Shown: positions 30,312-39,104 of the stretch, one piece after another
How the letters are laid out: each line of letters begins with the position of its first letter
Numbering within the stretch: position 1 is the first letter of the stretch
DNA from: Gemmatimonadota bacterium
GTDB lineage: Bacteria; Gemmatimonadota; Gemmatimonadetes; Longimicrobiales; Gaopeijiaceae
Direction: 5' to 3'
DNA: 64,000 bases
Assembly (NCBI GenBank): GCA_039589315.1
Contig: JBDHHQ010000003.1
Coordinates: 96,001-160,000 of the forward strand
The notes under the pieces: model-generated
The model's database searches: none
The model's input: the letters and a program-made list of their open reading frames with translations, nothing else
Told to the model about the DNA's origin: nothing
Position numbers and translations under genes: made by a program

Positions 30312-31505
30312 ATGCTGCTGCCCACGCCCTTCCACTCTCGGACTTCCGCCCTTTGTAGGAGCGCCAGGTGGCGCAACTGGTCGGGCTACGCGTCGGTCGT
30401 CGCGTACGAAGCGACGCACGAGTACGAGTACTACGCGGTGCGCAACGGGTCGGCGCTCTTCGACGTGTCGCCGCTCCGCAAGTACGAGATCGGCGGACCG
30501 GACGCCGCCCTACTGGTGAGCCGGATAATCACGCGGGACCCGACCCGGTGTCGAGTGGGGCAGGTGCTCTACACCACCTGGTGCGATGAAGCCGGGAAGA
30601 TGATCGACGACGGCACCGTCCAGCGATTGGAGCCGGACCTGTTCCGGATCACCTCCGCCGACCCGAATCTCCGGTGGTTCCAGGACTGCGGTCTCGGGAT
30701 GGACGCCACCACTCGGGACGTCACCGTGGATCTGGCGGCCCTGGCGCTGCAAGGCCCGACCTCCCGGGAGATCCTGAAGAGCCTGGTCACGGGAGTGGAC
30801 CTCGACGCCCTCCGCTTCTTCCACCTGGCAGACGGGACCGTCGGGCAGATCCCCGTTACCGTGTCCCGGACCGGCTACACCGGCGATCTGGGCTACGAGC
30901 TATGGGTCGCGCCGACCCACGCCGAGGCGCTTTGGGACGCCCTGATGGAGGCGGGGCGCGGTTACGGGATCGCCCCGGCCGGGCTGGACGCGCTGGACAT
31001 CGCCCGCATCGAAGCGGCGCTGATCCTCAAGGAGGTCGACTACGTCTCCACCACGACAGCGTTGATCGAATCGAGGAAGTCCTCACCCTTCGAAGCCGGC
31101 CTGGGGTGGACAGTGCAGCCCGGCGGGAGAGCGGGCTTCGTCGGCGCACGGGCGCTACGGGCCGAGGCGGAGAGCCCCTCGAGGTGGGCCCTGGCCGGTA
31201 TCGAGGTGGATTGGCCGGCCATCGAGAAGTTGTTCAATGCGGTCAACTTGCCTCCGCTCGTAGCCGGTGCGGCGTCTCGCGCCGCCGTACCGCTGTACGG
31301 CCGGGGACGGCAGATCGGCTACGCCACCAGCTCGACGTTTTCGCCCATCCTCAAACGGTACGTCGCGCTGGCAACGATCGAGCGCGACTTCGCCACACCG
31401 GGCTCGCGCATCGACTTCGAGCTCACGGTGGAGTTCGCACGCCACAAGGTGCCGGCCCGCGTCGTCGACACTCCCTTCTTCGATCCCGAGCGGAAGCGAG
31501 CGTAG
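30312..31505 (+). CDS. GcvT-family folate-binding aminomethyltransferase-like protein
   Basis: TPFH, FDVSP, IDDGTV, LQGP, SRTGYTGDLGYE, RIEA, PFFDP. Confidence 0.9.
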   Translation: MLLPTPFHSRTSALCRSARWRNWSGYASVVAYEATHEYEYYAVRNGSALFDVSPLRKYEIGGPDAALLVSRIITRDPTRCRVGQVLYTTWCDEAGKMIDDGTVQRLEPDLFRITSADPNLRWFQDCGLGMDATTRDVTVDLAALALQGPTSREILKSLVTGVDLDALRFFHLADGTVGQIPVTVSRTGYTGDLGYELWVAPTHAEALWDALMEAGRGYGIAPAGLDALDIARIEAALILKEVDYVSTTTALIESRKSSPFEAGLGWTVQPGGRAGFVGARALRAEAESPSRWALAGIEVDWPAIEKLFNAVNLPPLVAGAASRAAVPLYGRGRQIGYATSSTFSPILKRYVALATIERDFATPGSRIDFELTVEFARHKVPARVVDTPFFDPERKRA

Positions 31506-31507
31506 CC

Positions 31508-33115
31508 GTGGCCCACAGGTATGACGCCATCGTGATCGGGGCCGGACACAACGGGCTGGTGCACGCGGCGTATCTGGCCCGGGCAGGACTCGACGTGCTG
31601 GTGCTGGAGCGCCGCCACCTCGTGGGGGGCGCCACCGTCACCGAGGAGCTGTTTCCCGGCTTCAAGTACAGCGTGTACTCCTACGTGGTCAGCCTGATGC
31701 GGCCGGACATCATTCGGGAGCTCGACCTCCCTCGGCACGGGCTCACCATCCTTCCCCTGGAGAGCACGCTGACGCCGCTGCCGGACGGCGACTGCCTGTA
31801 CCGCGACGCCGACCGCTACCGCACGTGGCGCGATATCGCTCGCTTCTCGGTGCGCGACGCGGAGGCGTACGAGGAGTACGGCCGGACCCTCTTCTTCATG
31901 GCTCGGGCCGTCAAGTACCTGCTGGGGATCGCGCCCCCTGATCCGACCCGGGTCCGCCCGAAAGACCTGTCGGGGATGCTGGGCCTCGCGAGGCACATGC
32001 TGGGTCTGCGCAAGGACGAGCTCCACGCGCTGGTCAAGCTCATGACCATGAGCGCAGCCGACTTCCTGGACGAGTGGTTCGAGACCGACGTGCTCAAGGC
32101 CACCCTGTCGGCCAGCGGCATCATCGGCACGTTCCTGGGACCCCGGTCCCCGGGGACGGCCTACGTGCTCCTTCACCACTACATGGGCGAGATCGACGGG
32201 CATTTTCGGGCGTGGGGCTTCGCCAAGGGCGGAACGGGCGCACTGGCGAATGCCGTGGCGGGAGCCGCCCGTGAGCTGGGTGTGGAGGTGCGCACGGACT
32301 CACCCGTAGCCCACGTGGTGGTACGGAACGGCCGCGCCACGGGCGTGGCTCTGGAGAACGGCGACGTGCTCGAGGCGAAGATCGTCTCCTCGAGCCTCGA
32401 TCCCCGGCAGACCTTCCTGAGGCTGTTGGACGCCTCCGTGCTCCCTGACGAACTGGTGACCGCCGTCGGCAAGTTCAAGTTCCGGGGCTCGTCGGGGAAG
32501 GTGAACCTGGCTTTGGACGCGGCGCCGGACCTGGCCTGCCTGCCCGGCCACGGTCCGCATCTTCGGGGCGCCATCTCCATCAGCCCCTCCGTCGATTACC
32601 TGGAGCGGGCCTACGACGACGCCAAGTACGGTGACTTTTCCCGCGCGCCCTACATGGACGTCATCATCCCGTCGATGATCGACCCGGAGATGGCTCCCCC
32701 CGGCAAGCACGTCATGTCGTGCTTCGTGCAGTACGCGCCCTACGAGCTGCGCGAGGGAACCTGGGAAGAGAAACGAGAGGCGTTCGGCGACACGGTGATC
32801 GATACGCTGTCCCGCTACATGCCGAAGCTGAAGGAGATCATCCTGCATCGTCAGGTGGTGACGCCCTGGGACATCGAGCAGACGGTGGGTCTCTCGCAAG
32901 GCAACATCTTCCAGGGCGAGCTGAGCCTGTCGCAGCTCTTCTTCCTGCGACCCGCCCCGGGCCACGCCGAGTATCGGACGCCGGTGCGCGGCTACTACCA
33001 ATGCGGCTCGGGCACCCACCCCGGGGGCGGCATCATGGGGGCGCCGGGGCGCCTCTCGGCCACCGCTGTACTCAGGGACCTGCGCCGGCCAGGGGGCCGC
33101 AAAGGCCAGACGTGA
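31508..33115 (+). CDS. PYROXD2 / phytoene-desaturase-like FAD oxidoreductase (paralogue A)
   Basis: YDAIVIGAGHNGL, VLERR..GGA, APPGKH, GNIFQGE, CGSGTHPGGG; GTG start 2 nt after the previous stop. Confidence 0.9.
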   Translation: MAHRYDAIVIGAGHNGLVHAAYLARAGLDVLVLERRHLVGGATVTEELFPGFKYSVYSYVVSLMRPDIIRELDLPRHGLTILPLESTLTPLPDGDCLYRDADRYRTWRDIARFSVRDAEAYEEYGRTLFFMARAVKYLLGIAPPDPTRVRPKDLSGMLGLARHMLGLRKDELHALVKLMTMSAADFLDEWFETDVLKATLSASGIIGTFLGPRSPGTAYVLLHHYMGEIDGHFRAWGFAKGGTGALANAVAGAARELGVEVRTDSPVAHVVVRNGRATGVALENGDVLEAKIVSSSLDPRQTFLRLLDASVLPDELVTAVGKFKFRGSSGKVNLALDAAPDLACLPGHGPHLRGAISISPSVDYLERAYDDAKYGDFSRAPYMDVIIPSMIDPEMAPPGKHVMSCFVQYAPYELREGTWEEKREAFGDTVIDTLSRYMPKLKEIILHRQVVTPWDIEQTVGLSQGNIFQGELSLSQLFFLRPAPGHAEYRTPVRGYYQCGSGTHPGGGIMGAPGRLSATAVLRDLRRPGGRKGQT

Positions 33116-33119
33116 GCCC

Positions 33120-34688
33120 ATGAGCCTGGACACGATCGTCATCGGCGCGGGGCACAACGGGCTCGTCGCGGCTGCCTATCTGGCCAGGGCCGGCCAGAAG
33201 GTCCTCGTCCTCGAGCGGCGTGACGTGCTCGGTGGCGCGGCAGCCACCGAAGCGCTCTTCCCCGGCTACCGCGTCAACACGGGCGCCCCGGACGCCGGAC
33301 TGTTCCTGCCGCGGATCGTGGATGAGTTGAAGCTGCAGGCGCGCGGGCTGGAGCTGATCGAGAGCCCCGCGGCCGTCTGCGCGCTCCAGCCCGGAGGGCG
33401 GGCGCTGACGCTCTGGCGCGACGTCGCCAGGAGCCGCGACGAGATCGCCGCCTGGTCGCCCCGGGATGCAGAACGGTATCCCGACTTCGTGGACTACATG
33501 GGCCGGATGGCGAGCGCCCTCCGCGGCACGAGCACCCTGACGCCCCCGGATCCGCACGACGGATCGGCGCGGGAGCTCCTCGGCTGGCTAAGGCCGGCTC
33601 TGCGACTCAAGGGAATGGGCCGGCGGGACATGATGGAGTTCCTTCGCATCCTGCCCATGTCCGCGGCCGAGCTGCTCGGCGACTGGTTCGAGAACGATGC
33701 GTTGAAGGGGGCGCTGGGCACCAGCGCGGTCCTGGGCAGCATGCAGGGCCCCCAGGCGTCCGGCACCGCGTTCCGGTTGCTGTACCACTACCAGGGGGCG
33801 GAGAACGGTGGCTTCCGCTCGTCCGCCTTCGTCCGAGGCGGGATGGGCCGCCTTGCGGAGGCACTCGCCGCCGCCGCACGCGAGCACGGCGCGGAGATTC
33901 GATCCGGAGCGAGCGTCGCTCGCGTGCTGGTGGAAGGCGACACGGCCGTCGGCGTGCGGCTCGAAACCGGGGACGAGCTCGCCGCGCGCCGCGTGGTTTC
34001 GTGCGTCGACCCCCGTCGAACCCTGCACGGGCTCCTCGGCGCTCCCGCCCTCGGACCGGAGCTCAACCGTAGAGTCGGCAACATCCGCTACCGGGGAAGC
34101 ACGGCGGTCCTGCACCTGGCGTTGGACGGCCTCCCGAGCGTCCCCGGCGTGACCGGTGTGGAGCCGATCACCGCGCACATCGTCGTGAGTCCCAGCCTGG
34201 TCGATCTGGAACGGGCGTACGATGACGCCAAGTACGGGCGCTTCTCGGCCCGCCCGTGCCTCGACATGGTGATCCACACGCTTCTGGATCCCGCGCTGGC
34301 GCCGCCCGGCCGCCACACGATGTCCGCGACCGTGCGGTACGCCCCCTACGATTTGAGGGACGCGGGGTGGGACGAGCAGCGAGGCCGGTTGGCGGATACG
34401 ATCCTTGGACTCCTCGACGAGTACGTCCCCGAGGTGCGCCCCCGTATCCTGCACCAGCGCCTCCTCACGCCCCTCGACTGGGAGCGAGAGTACGGGTTGA
34501 CCGAGGGAGGTACCTACCACGGCCAGATGGACCTGGACCAGCTCCTGTTCATGCGACCCGTGCCCGGCTGGGGGCGGTACCGGACTCCGGTGGCCGGGCT
34601 CTACCTGTGTGGATCGGGGACGCACCCCGGAGGCGGGGTGACGGGAGCTCCGGGCTTCAACGCGGCTCGGGAGGTGTTGCGCGACTGA
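33120..34688 (+). CDS. PYROXD2 / phytoene-desaturase-like FAD oxidoreductase (paralogue B)
   Basis: IVIGAGHNGL, YDDAKYG, APPGRH, CGSGTHPGGGVTGAPG. Confidence 0.9.
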   Translation: MSLDTIVIGAGHNGLVAAAYLARAGQKVLVLERRDVLGGAAATEALFPGYRVNTGAPDAGLFLPRIVDELKLQARGLELIESPAAVCALQPGGRALTLWRDVARSRDEIAAWSPRDAERYPDFVDYMGRMASALRGTSTLTPPDPHDGSARELLGWLRPALRLKGMGRRDMMEFLRILPMSAAELLGDWFENDALKGALGTSAVLGSMQGPQASGTAFRLLYHYQGAENGGFRSSAFVRGGMGRLAEALAAAAREHGAEIRSGASVARVLVEGDTAVGVRLETGDELAARRVVSCVDPRRTLHGLLGAPALGPELNRRVGNIRYRGSTAVLHLALDGLPSVPGVTGVEPITAHIVVSPSLVDLERAYDDAKYGRFSARPCLDMVIHTLLDPALAPPGRHTMSATVRYAPYDLRDAGWDEQRGRLADTILGLLDEYVPEVRPRILHQRLLTPLDWEREYGLTEGGTYHGQMDLDQLLFMRPVPGWGRYRTPVAGLYLCGSGTHPGGGVTGAPGFNAAREVLRD

Positions 34689-34861
34689 GGACACCAACCC
34701 GCCCCCTGTCGCCCGGCACGGCACGAGGCAGCACGTGCAGTCCCCCCGCTTCGTCCGTATTGTCGGATCCGCAGCATCACGCTGCTTCGTCCGTCGCCAG
34801 GCAGGACTCCACCGTAACGAATCCAACAGGTGCAACCAGCGGGTCTGAAGAGGAGATCACC

Positions 34862-36013
34862 ATGACAGCAGCCTTCGACATGTCGTCGATCCAGCGGGGC
34901 GCGAGACTCCGGAGATCACCGTACTTCGAGGCGACGCAGCGGCACGGCTGCCTCGCGTACACGGTGTACAATCACATGTTCTTGCCCACGCGCTACGACG
35001 ACCTCGAGGCGGAGTACGAGAAGCTCCTGCAGGACGTCACCGTCTGGGACGTGAGCGTGGAGCGTCAAGTGGAGATCACCGGTCCCGACGCGTTCGCCTT
35101 CACCAACCAGCTCACGCCTCGGGACCTTGGGAAATGTGAGGTCGGTCAGGGCAAATACGTGATCCTCACGGCGGAGGACGGCGGCATCGTCAACGACCCC
35201 GTGCTGCTCCGTCTGGGAGAGAATCACTTCTGGCTCGCGCTCGCCGACAGCGACGTGCTGCTGTGGGCGAAGGGGGTCGCGCTGAACTCGGGACTCGACG
35301 TGGACATCGGGGAGCCCGACGTCTCACCGATGCAGATTCAAGGACCCAAGTCCAAGCAGGTCGTCGCGAAGCTGTTCGGGCAGGACGTGTTGGATCTGCG
35401 GTACTACTACTTCCTCGAAACGGATCTGGACGGGATTCCGGTCGTGGTCACCCGCACCGGCTGGAGCGGTGAGGTCGGGTACGAGATCTACCTGCGCGAC
35501 GGCAGCCGGGGCGTGGAGCTGTGGGAGAGGGTCATGGACGCTGGGCGGGAGCACGGCATCGCGCCCACCGGACCTTCGGACATCCGGCGCATCGAGGCGG
35601 GCATCCTGAACTTCGGCATCGACATCACCCTGGACACCAACCCGTTCGAGGTCGGCCTCGGCTGGCAGGTGGAGCTCGAACAGGAGGCGTCGTTCATCGG
35701 TCGCGCAGCGTTGGAGCGGATCAAGGCCGAGGGGCCGTTGCGCCGGCTGGCCGGCATCGAGATCGACGGTGAGCGCCTCGACCTCAACACGACGCGGTGG
35801 CCCGTCCAGGTGGACGAACGCGACGTGGGCTTCGTCACTTCGGCGGTGTACTCGCCGCGGCTCGGGAAGAACATCGGCTACGCCATGCTGCCGGCCGATC
35901 GGGCCGCCCTGGGCACCCGCCTGACCGTTCGCGTCCCGGACGCGGGCGACCGGTCGGCCACGGTCGTGGCCCGGCCGTTCGTCGATCCCGGAAAGGAGAT
36001 CCCGAAGTCGTAA
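34862..36013 (+). CDS. DmdA-like (GcvT family) THF-dependent demethylase
   Basis: RLRRSPY, YTVYNHMFLP, WDVSVERQVEI, NDPVLL, ADSDVL closely follow the DmdA pattern; GAGGAG RBS. Confidence 0.85.
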   Translation: MTAAFDMSSIQRGARLRRSPYFEATQRHGCLAYTVYNHMFLPTRYDDLEAEYEKLLQDVTVWDVSVERQVEITGPDAFAFTNQLTPRDLGKCEVGQGKYVILTAEDGGIVNDPVLLRLGENHFWLALADSDVLLWAKGVALNSGLDVDIGEPDVSPMQIQGPKSKQVVAKLFGQDVLDLRYYYFLETDLDGIPVVVTRTGWSGEVGYEIYLRDGSRGVELWERVMDAGREHGIAPTGPSDIRRIEAGILNFGIDITLDTNPFEVGLGWQVELEQEASFIGRAALERIKAEGPLRRLAGIEIDGERLDLNTTRWPVQVDERDVGFVTSAVYSPRLGKNIGYAMLPADRAALGTRLTVRVPDAGDRSATVVARPFVDPGKEIPKS

Positions 36014-36017
36014 CGGG

Positions 36018-37262
36018 CTACCGGCCCAGGAATCTCAGGCCGAGAGCGGCGGCGAGGCCCAGGCCCACCACCAGACCGGCGATCTGGAGCGCTCGCTGTC
36101 GCACGCGGCCGGAGCCCGCAGACTCGTCCGAAGCGGCCTCCGTTCTCCGGATCCCCGTTCGGGTCAGGTCGTACACCCACGCCAGGACAAGGGCGATCGG
36201 GAAGCCCGCCAGAGCCACCCACACGAGCCCGTCGAACGCCCAGTCCGGGAAAGGCAAGGAGTCCCAGACGATGCCGGCGCCCTCCAAGGTTACGAACGCC
36301 AGCCCCAGGTACGCCACCGCCACCTGGTACACCCGTCGCCGGCGCAGCTCCCACAGGAACCCCGCCACCGTGCCGGTAGGCTTGGCCGCCAGGTCCCGGT
36401 CTGTTCGTTCGCCGCGGAGCCGGCGGGCCACCGTCGACGCCGAGGGTCGGCGCTCCGCCGCCTTCGAGAGGCACGCCTCCACGATGTCGGCCATGTCGTT
36501 GGGCACGCCGGGGCGGAGCGCGGCGAGAGACGCCGCGGGTGTCCGCAGATGCGCGCTCACGAGCTGTACGCCGGAAAGACCCGGGTAGGGACCGTCTCCG
36601 GTGATGAGCTCGTACGCCATGATGCCCAGGGCGTAGACGTCGCTCTCCTCGACCGCGGACTCACCGCGCAGCTCCTCGGGGCTGAGGTGCCGCGGATCCC
36701 CCAGTAGCTCACCGGCGCGGGTCAGGCGCGTCACGGCGGCCCCGCTGTGGACCATAACCGCCGCGAGTCCGAAGTCGGTCAGCACGACCCGGCCGGTCCC
36801 CCGCTCCCGGATCACGTTGCCCGGCCGCACGTCCCGGTGCACGATCCCCTTGGCGTGCGCCGCCTCCAGGGCGGAGGCCACCTGCTCCAACACGTCCCGG
36901 GCAGCGACCGGGTCCATGGGGCCGGCCATCTCCAGCTCCTGGGCCAGCGTGTGCCCCTCGATGTACTCCATGACCAGATACGGCACGCCGTCGGACAGCG
37001 CGCCCACGCGGTGGACGCCCGCTACGTTTCGGTGTTGGATGCGTGCCGAGGACCGGCCCTCTCGCTCGAACCGTTTGCGCGCCACTTCCTCGGCGGCGAG
37101 GGACGGCAGCAGCACCTTGATGGCGACGGCCCGCTGGAGGGCACGCTCCCGGGCCAGATACACGCTGGCTTGATCGCCTTCGCCCAGAATCCTCTCGATG
37201 TCGAACTCGGCACCGAGCTCCTGGGTCAGGCGTTCGTCGAGCGGTGATGGGCTATCGGTCAT
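36018..37262 (-). CDS. Hanks-type Ser/Thr protein kinase with C-terminal TM helices
   Basis: VAIKVL, HRDVRPGN, TDFGLA, SPE, SDVYALG; C-terminal ELRRRRVYQVAVAY.. TM segment. Confidence 0.9.
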   Translation of the reverse strand: MTDSPSPLDERLTQELGAEFDIERILGEGDQASVYLARERALQRAVAIKVLLPSLAAEEVARKRFEREGRSSARIQHRNVAGVHRVGALSDGVPYLVMEYIEGHTLAQELEMAGPMDPVAARDVLEQVASALEAAHAKGIVHRDVRPGNVIRERGTGRVVLTDFGLAAVMVHSGAAVTRLTRAGELLGDPRHLSPEELRGESAVEESDVYALGIMAYELITGDGPYPGLSGVQLVSAHLRTPAASLAALRPGVPNDMADIVEACLSKAAERRPSASTVARRLRGERTDRDLAAKPTGTVAGFLWELRRRRVYQVAVAYLGLAFVTLEGAGIVWDSLPFPDWAFDGLVWVALAGFPIALVLAWVYDLTRTGIRRTEAASDESAGSGRVRQRALQIAGLVVGLGLAAALGLRFLGR

Positions 37263-37314
37263 GGCGCCTCGGGGGCCGGGGACGGAGGGAACTTGCCGAT
37301 CCTGCCCGCCACGT

Positions 37315-37869
37315 TCAAGAGCGGGCCACGGGCGAGCGACGGACAGGCCCCAGGTATCGGTCGAGCCAGTCCAGCGTCTCACGGACGATGCCCGTGCCCT
37401 GCGGGACGTGTCCCCCGTTGAACAGCACGTGCCTCTTGTCCTCGGCGGGTGTGCCCAGCATGTCGCACAGCGGCTTCTGTCCGGTCTCGACGGGCAGCGC
37501 GTAGTCTCCTCGGCCATTGATCATCAACACGGGTGTCGTGACCCGGGGCTCGTAGTTCCAGGGTACGACGAAGGGCTGCTCGTGCTGCATGTGCGTCGCG
37601 TCGTACCCACCCCCCACCCAGACCGCGGCCTTGAATCGTCGCTCGATGGCCAGCCTGTAGGAACCGTGTTCGGAGCCGGCGCTGAGCCCGAGGCAGGCCA
37701 GCCGCTCCCCGTCGATGTCGTCACGCTCCATCAGGTGGTCCACCGTCCGGCTCAGATCCTGGTTGTGCCGGATCTTCCTTTGCCTCCGCTCAGCAGGTCC
37801 CCGGGAGCCCATCCCTCCCCCGCCGAGCTTCACGAGGATCTCGTAGTGGGAGACGGTTTGGCCAATCAT
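37315..37869 (-). pseudogene. Internally deleted remnant of a kinase...alpha/beta-hydrolase multidomain gene
   Basis: First ~21 aa (MIGQTVSHYEILVKLGGGGMG) are a kinase N-terminus, joined to a hydrolase C-terminus (GLSAG, PVLMING..D, GGH, LDWLDRYLGPV). Confidence 0.72.
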
Positions 37870-37968
37870 GCACCTGGGAGTCGGGGGCCAGCCAGCGCCG
37901 GGAGGGGGCCGGGGCGCTCAACCAGGAAGATGCTCGCCATCGGTGAGAGCCGGCAAGAAACAGATCCC

Positions 37969-38592
37969 CTAGTGGCCGTCCTTGCGTCGCACCTTCACCG
38001 CCACCGAAGCCAGCTGCACGTGGACCCTGGTCTCCCCCAGATCCCTCCGACCCGAATCGCCCCACACGGTCCACCGGGCCACAAGCCCGTTGTTGGTGGT
38101 GTTTTGGCAGATGTCGCTCGGATGACTTCGGCACAGCCCTTCGTGCTGGGCCCGGTCGCTGGCGACGACCTCCGGGGTCAGGCTGACCTTCGTCTTTCCC
38201 TTGATCAGGAGAGACGTGGAGTCGGCGACGGACAACTGGAGCTGGGGCAGCTCGCTGATCTTCCATCCGTCCTCTGCGGTGAACAGCACGAGCGTATCGG
38301 CGCCGGCGATCCAGGTGGAGTCCGGGATCGTCTCGACCGCGATCATCTCCAAATCGACGACGAGCGCCGTGCTGTCTTCGGTCAACCGCCTGGCCGCCGT
38401 GAGCCACACCGAAACGGCGTTCCCGTCGAACTCCATGTCGCCGCGAACGCTGTCGGGCGGAACGAAGGTGCCGGCGATGGGCGGGATCTGGCACTGTCGG
38501 GTGCGGGTGCCGTCCGAGCACGACGCCAATTGGGCTCCCAGGGGAGGCGCCAGAAGCGTCGCCAGACACCAGGCCACGAAAGCTCTCTGCAT
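37969..38592 (-). CDS. Hypothetical secreted protein
   Basis: GAGGAGG RBS; signal peptide ..LLAPPLGA-Q; beta-rich mature part with two Cys pairs. Confidence 0.65.
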   Translation of the reverse strand: MQRAFVAWCLATLLAPPLGAQLASCSDGTRTRQCQIPPIAGTFVPPDSVRGDMEFDGNAVSVWLTAARRLTEDSTALVVDLEMIAVETIPDSTWIAGADTLVLFTAEDGWKISELPQLQLSVADSTSLLIKGKTKVSLTPEVVASDRAQHEGLCRSHPSDICQNTTNNGLVARWTVWGDSGRRDLGETRVHVQLASVAVKVRRKDGH

Positions 38593-39104
38593 GATGAACC
38601 TCCTCGAGCCACGACGAGCGTCGCCGTGGCAGGCGACTGCGGGAGCCAGACCGCCAGAGCATCGGGGTGTGGAAGGATTCATCCGTTTACACACCCGCGT
38701 CAAGTGCGCAGCACTGGATACGTCATCGCGTTTCCTTCGCCATATGCCTTTGCACCGTTGGGATCAGGGACGACTCGCCTCATCCGTCCGCAACGCGCCC
38801 CGAGATCGATCTGCTCGAAGAGATTCGAAAACATGTGGCGGCGATCTGGTGCTGGCCGCAGTCCGCTCGAGGCGGGGCCGCATAGGCCAGATGACGAGAG
38901 GGCGCCCCATCCCACACGCCGCAGAGGTCGGGGCCGGCGGCGAGGGCGAGGTAGGCCGAGCGGTCGACGGCGGCACCGAAGGACGGCGGCGTTGCAAAGG
39001 GCGGGTCTGGTCCCGGAGATTGGGCGGGCCAGAGGTCGTCGACGCGACCGTCCCCGGGGCCGACGCGTCCCGCCCAACCCTCGTGCCTTGAAGGAGTCTC
39101 GAGA

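Noticed and set aside
31508..34688. Carotenoid biosynthesis (crtI/crtO) cluster
   Set aside because: No crtB/crtE/crtY in the window. The GHNGL and THPGGG motifs plus GcvT neighbours fit PYROXD2-like enzymes better.
30312..36013. Glycine cleavage system / glycine riboswitch
   Set aside because: No gcvH or gcvP, both GcvT-fold proteins are divergent, and no glycine aptamer was recognised in 29229-29626.
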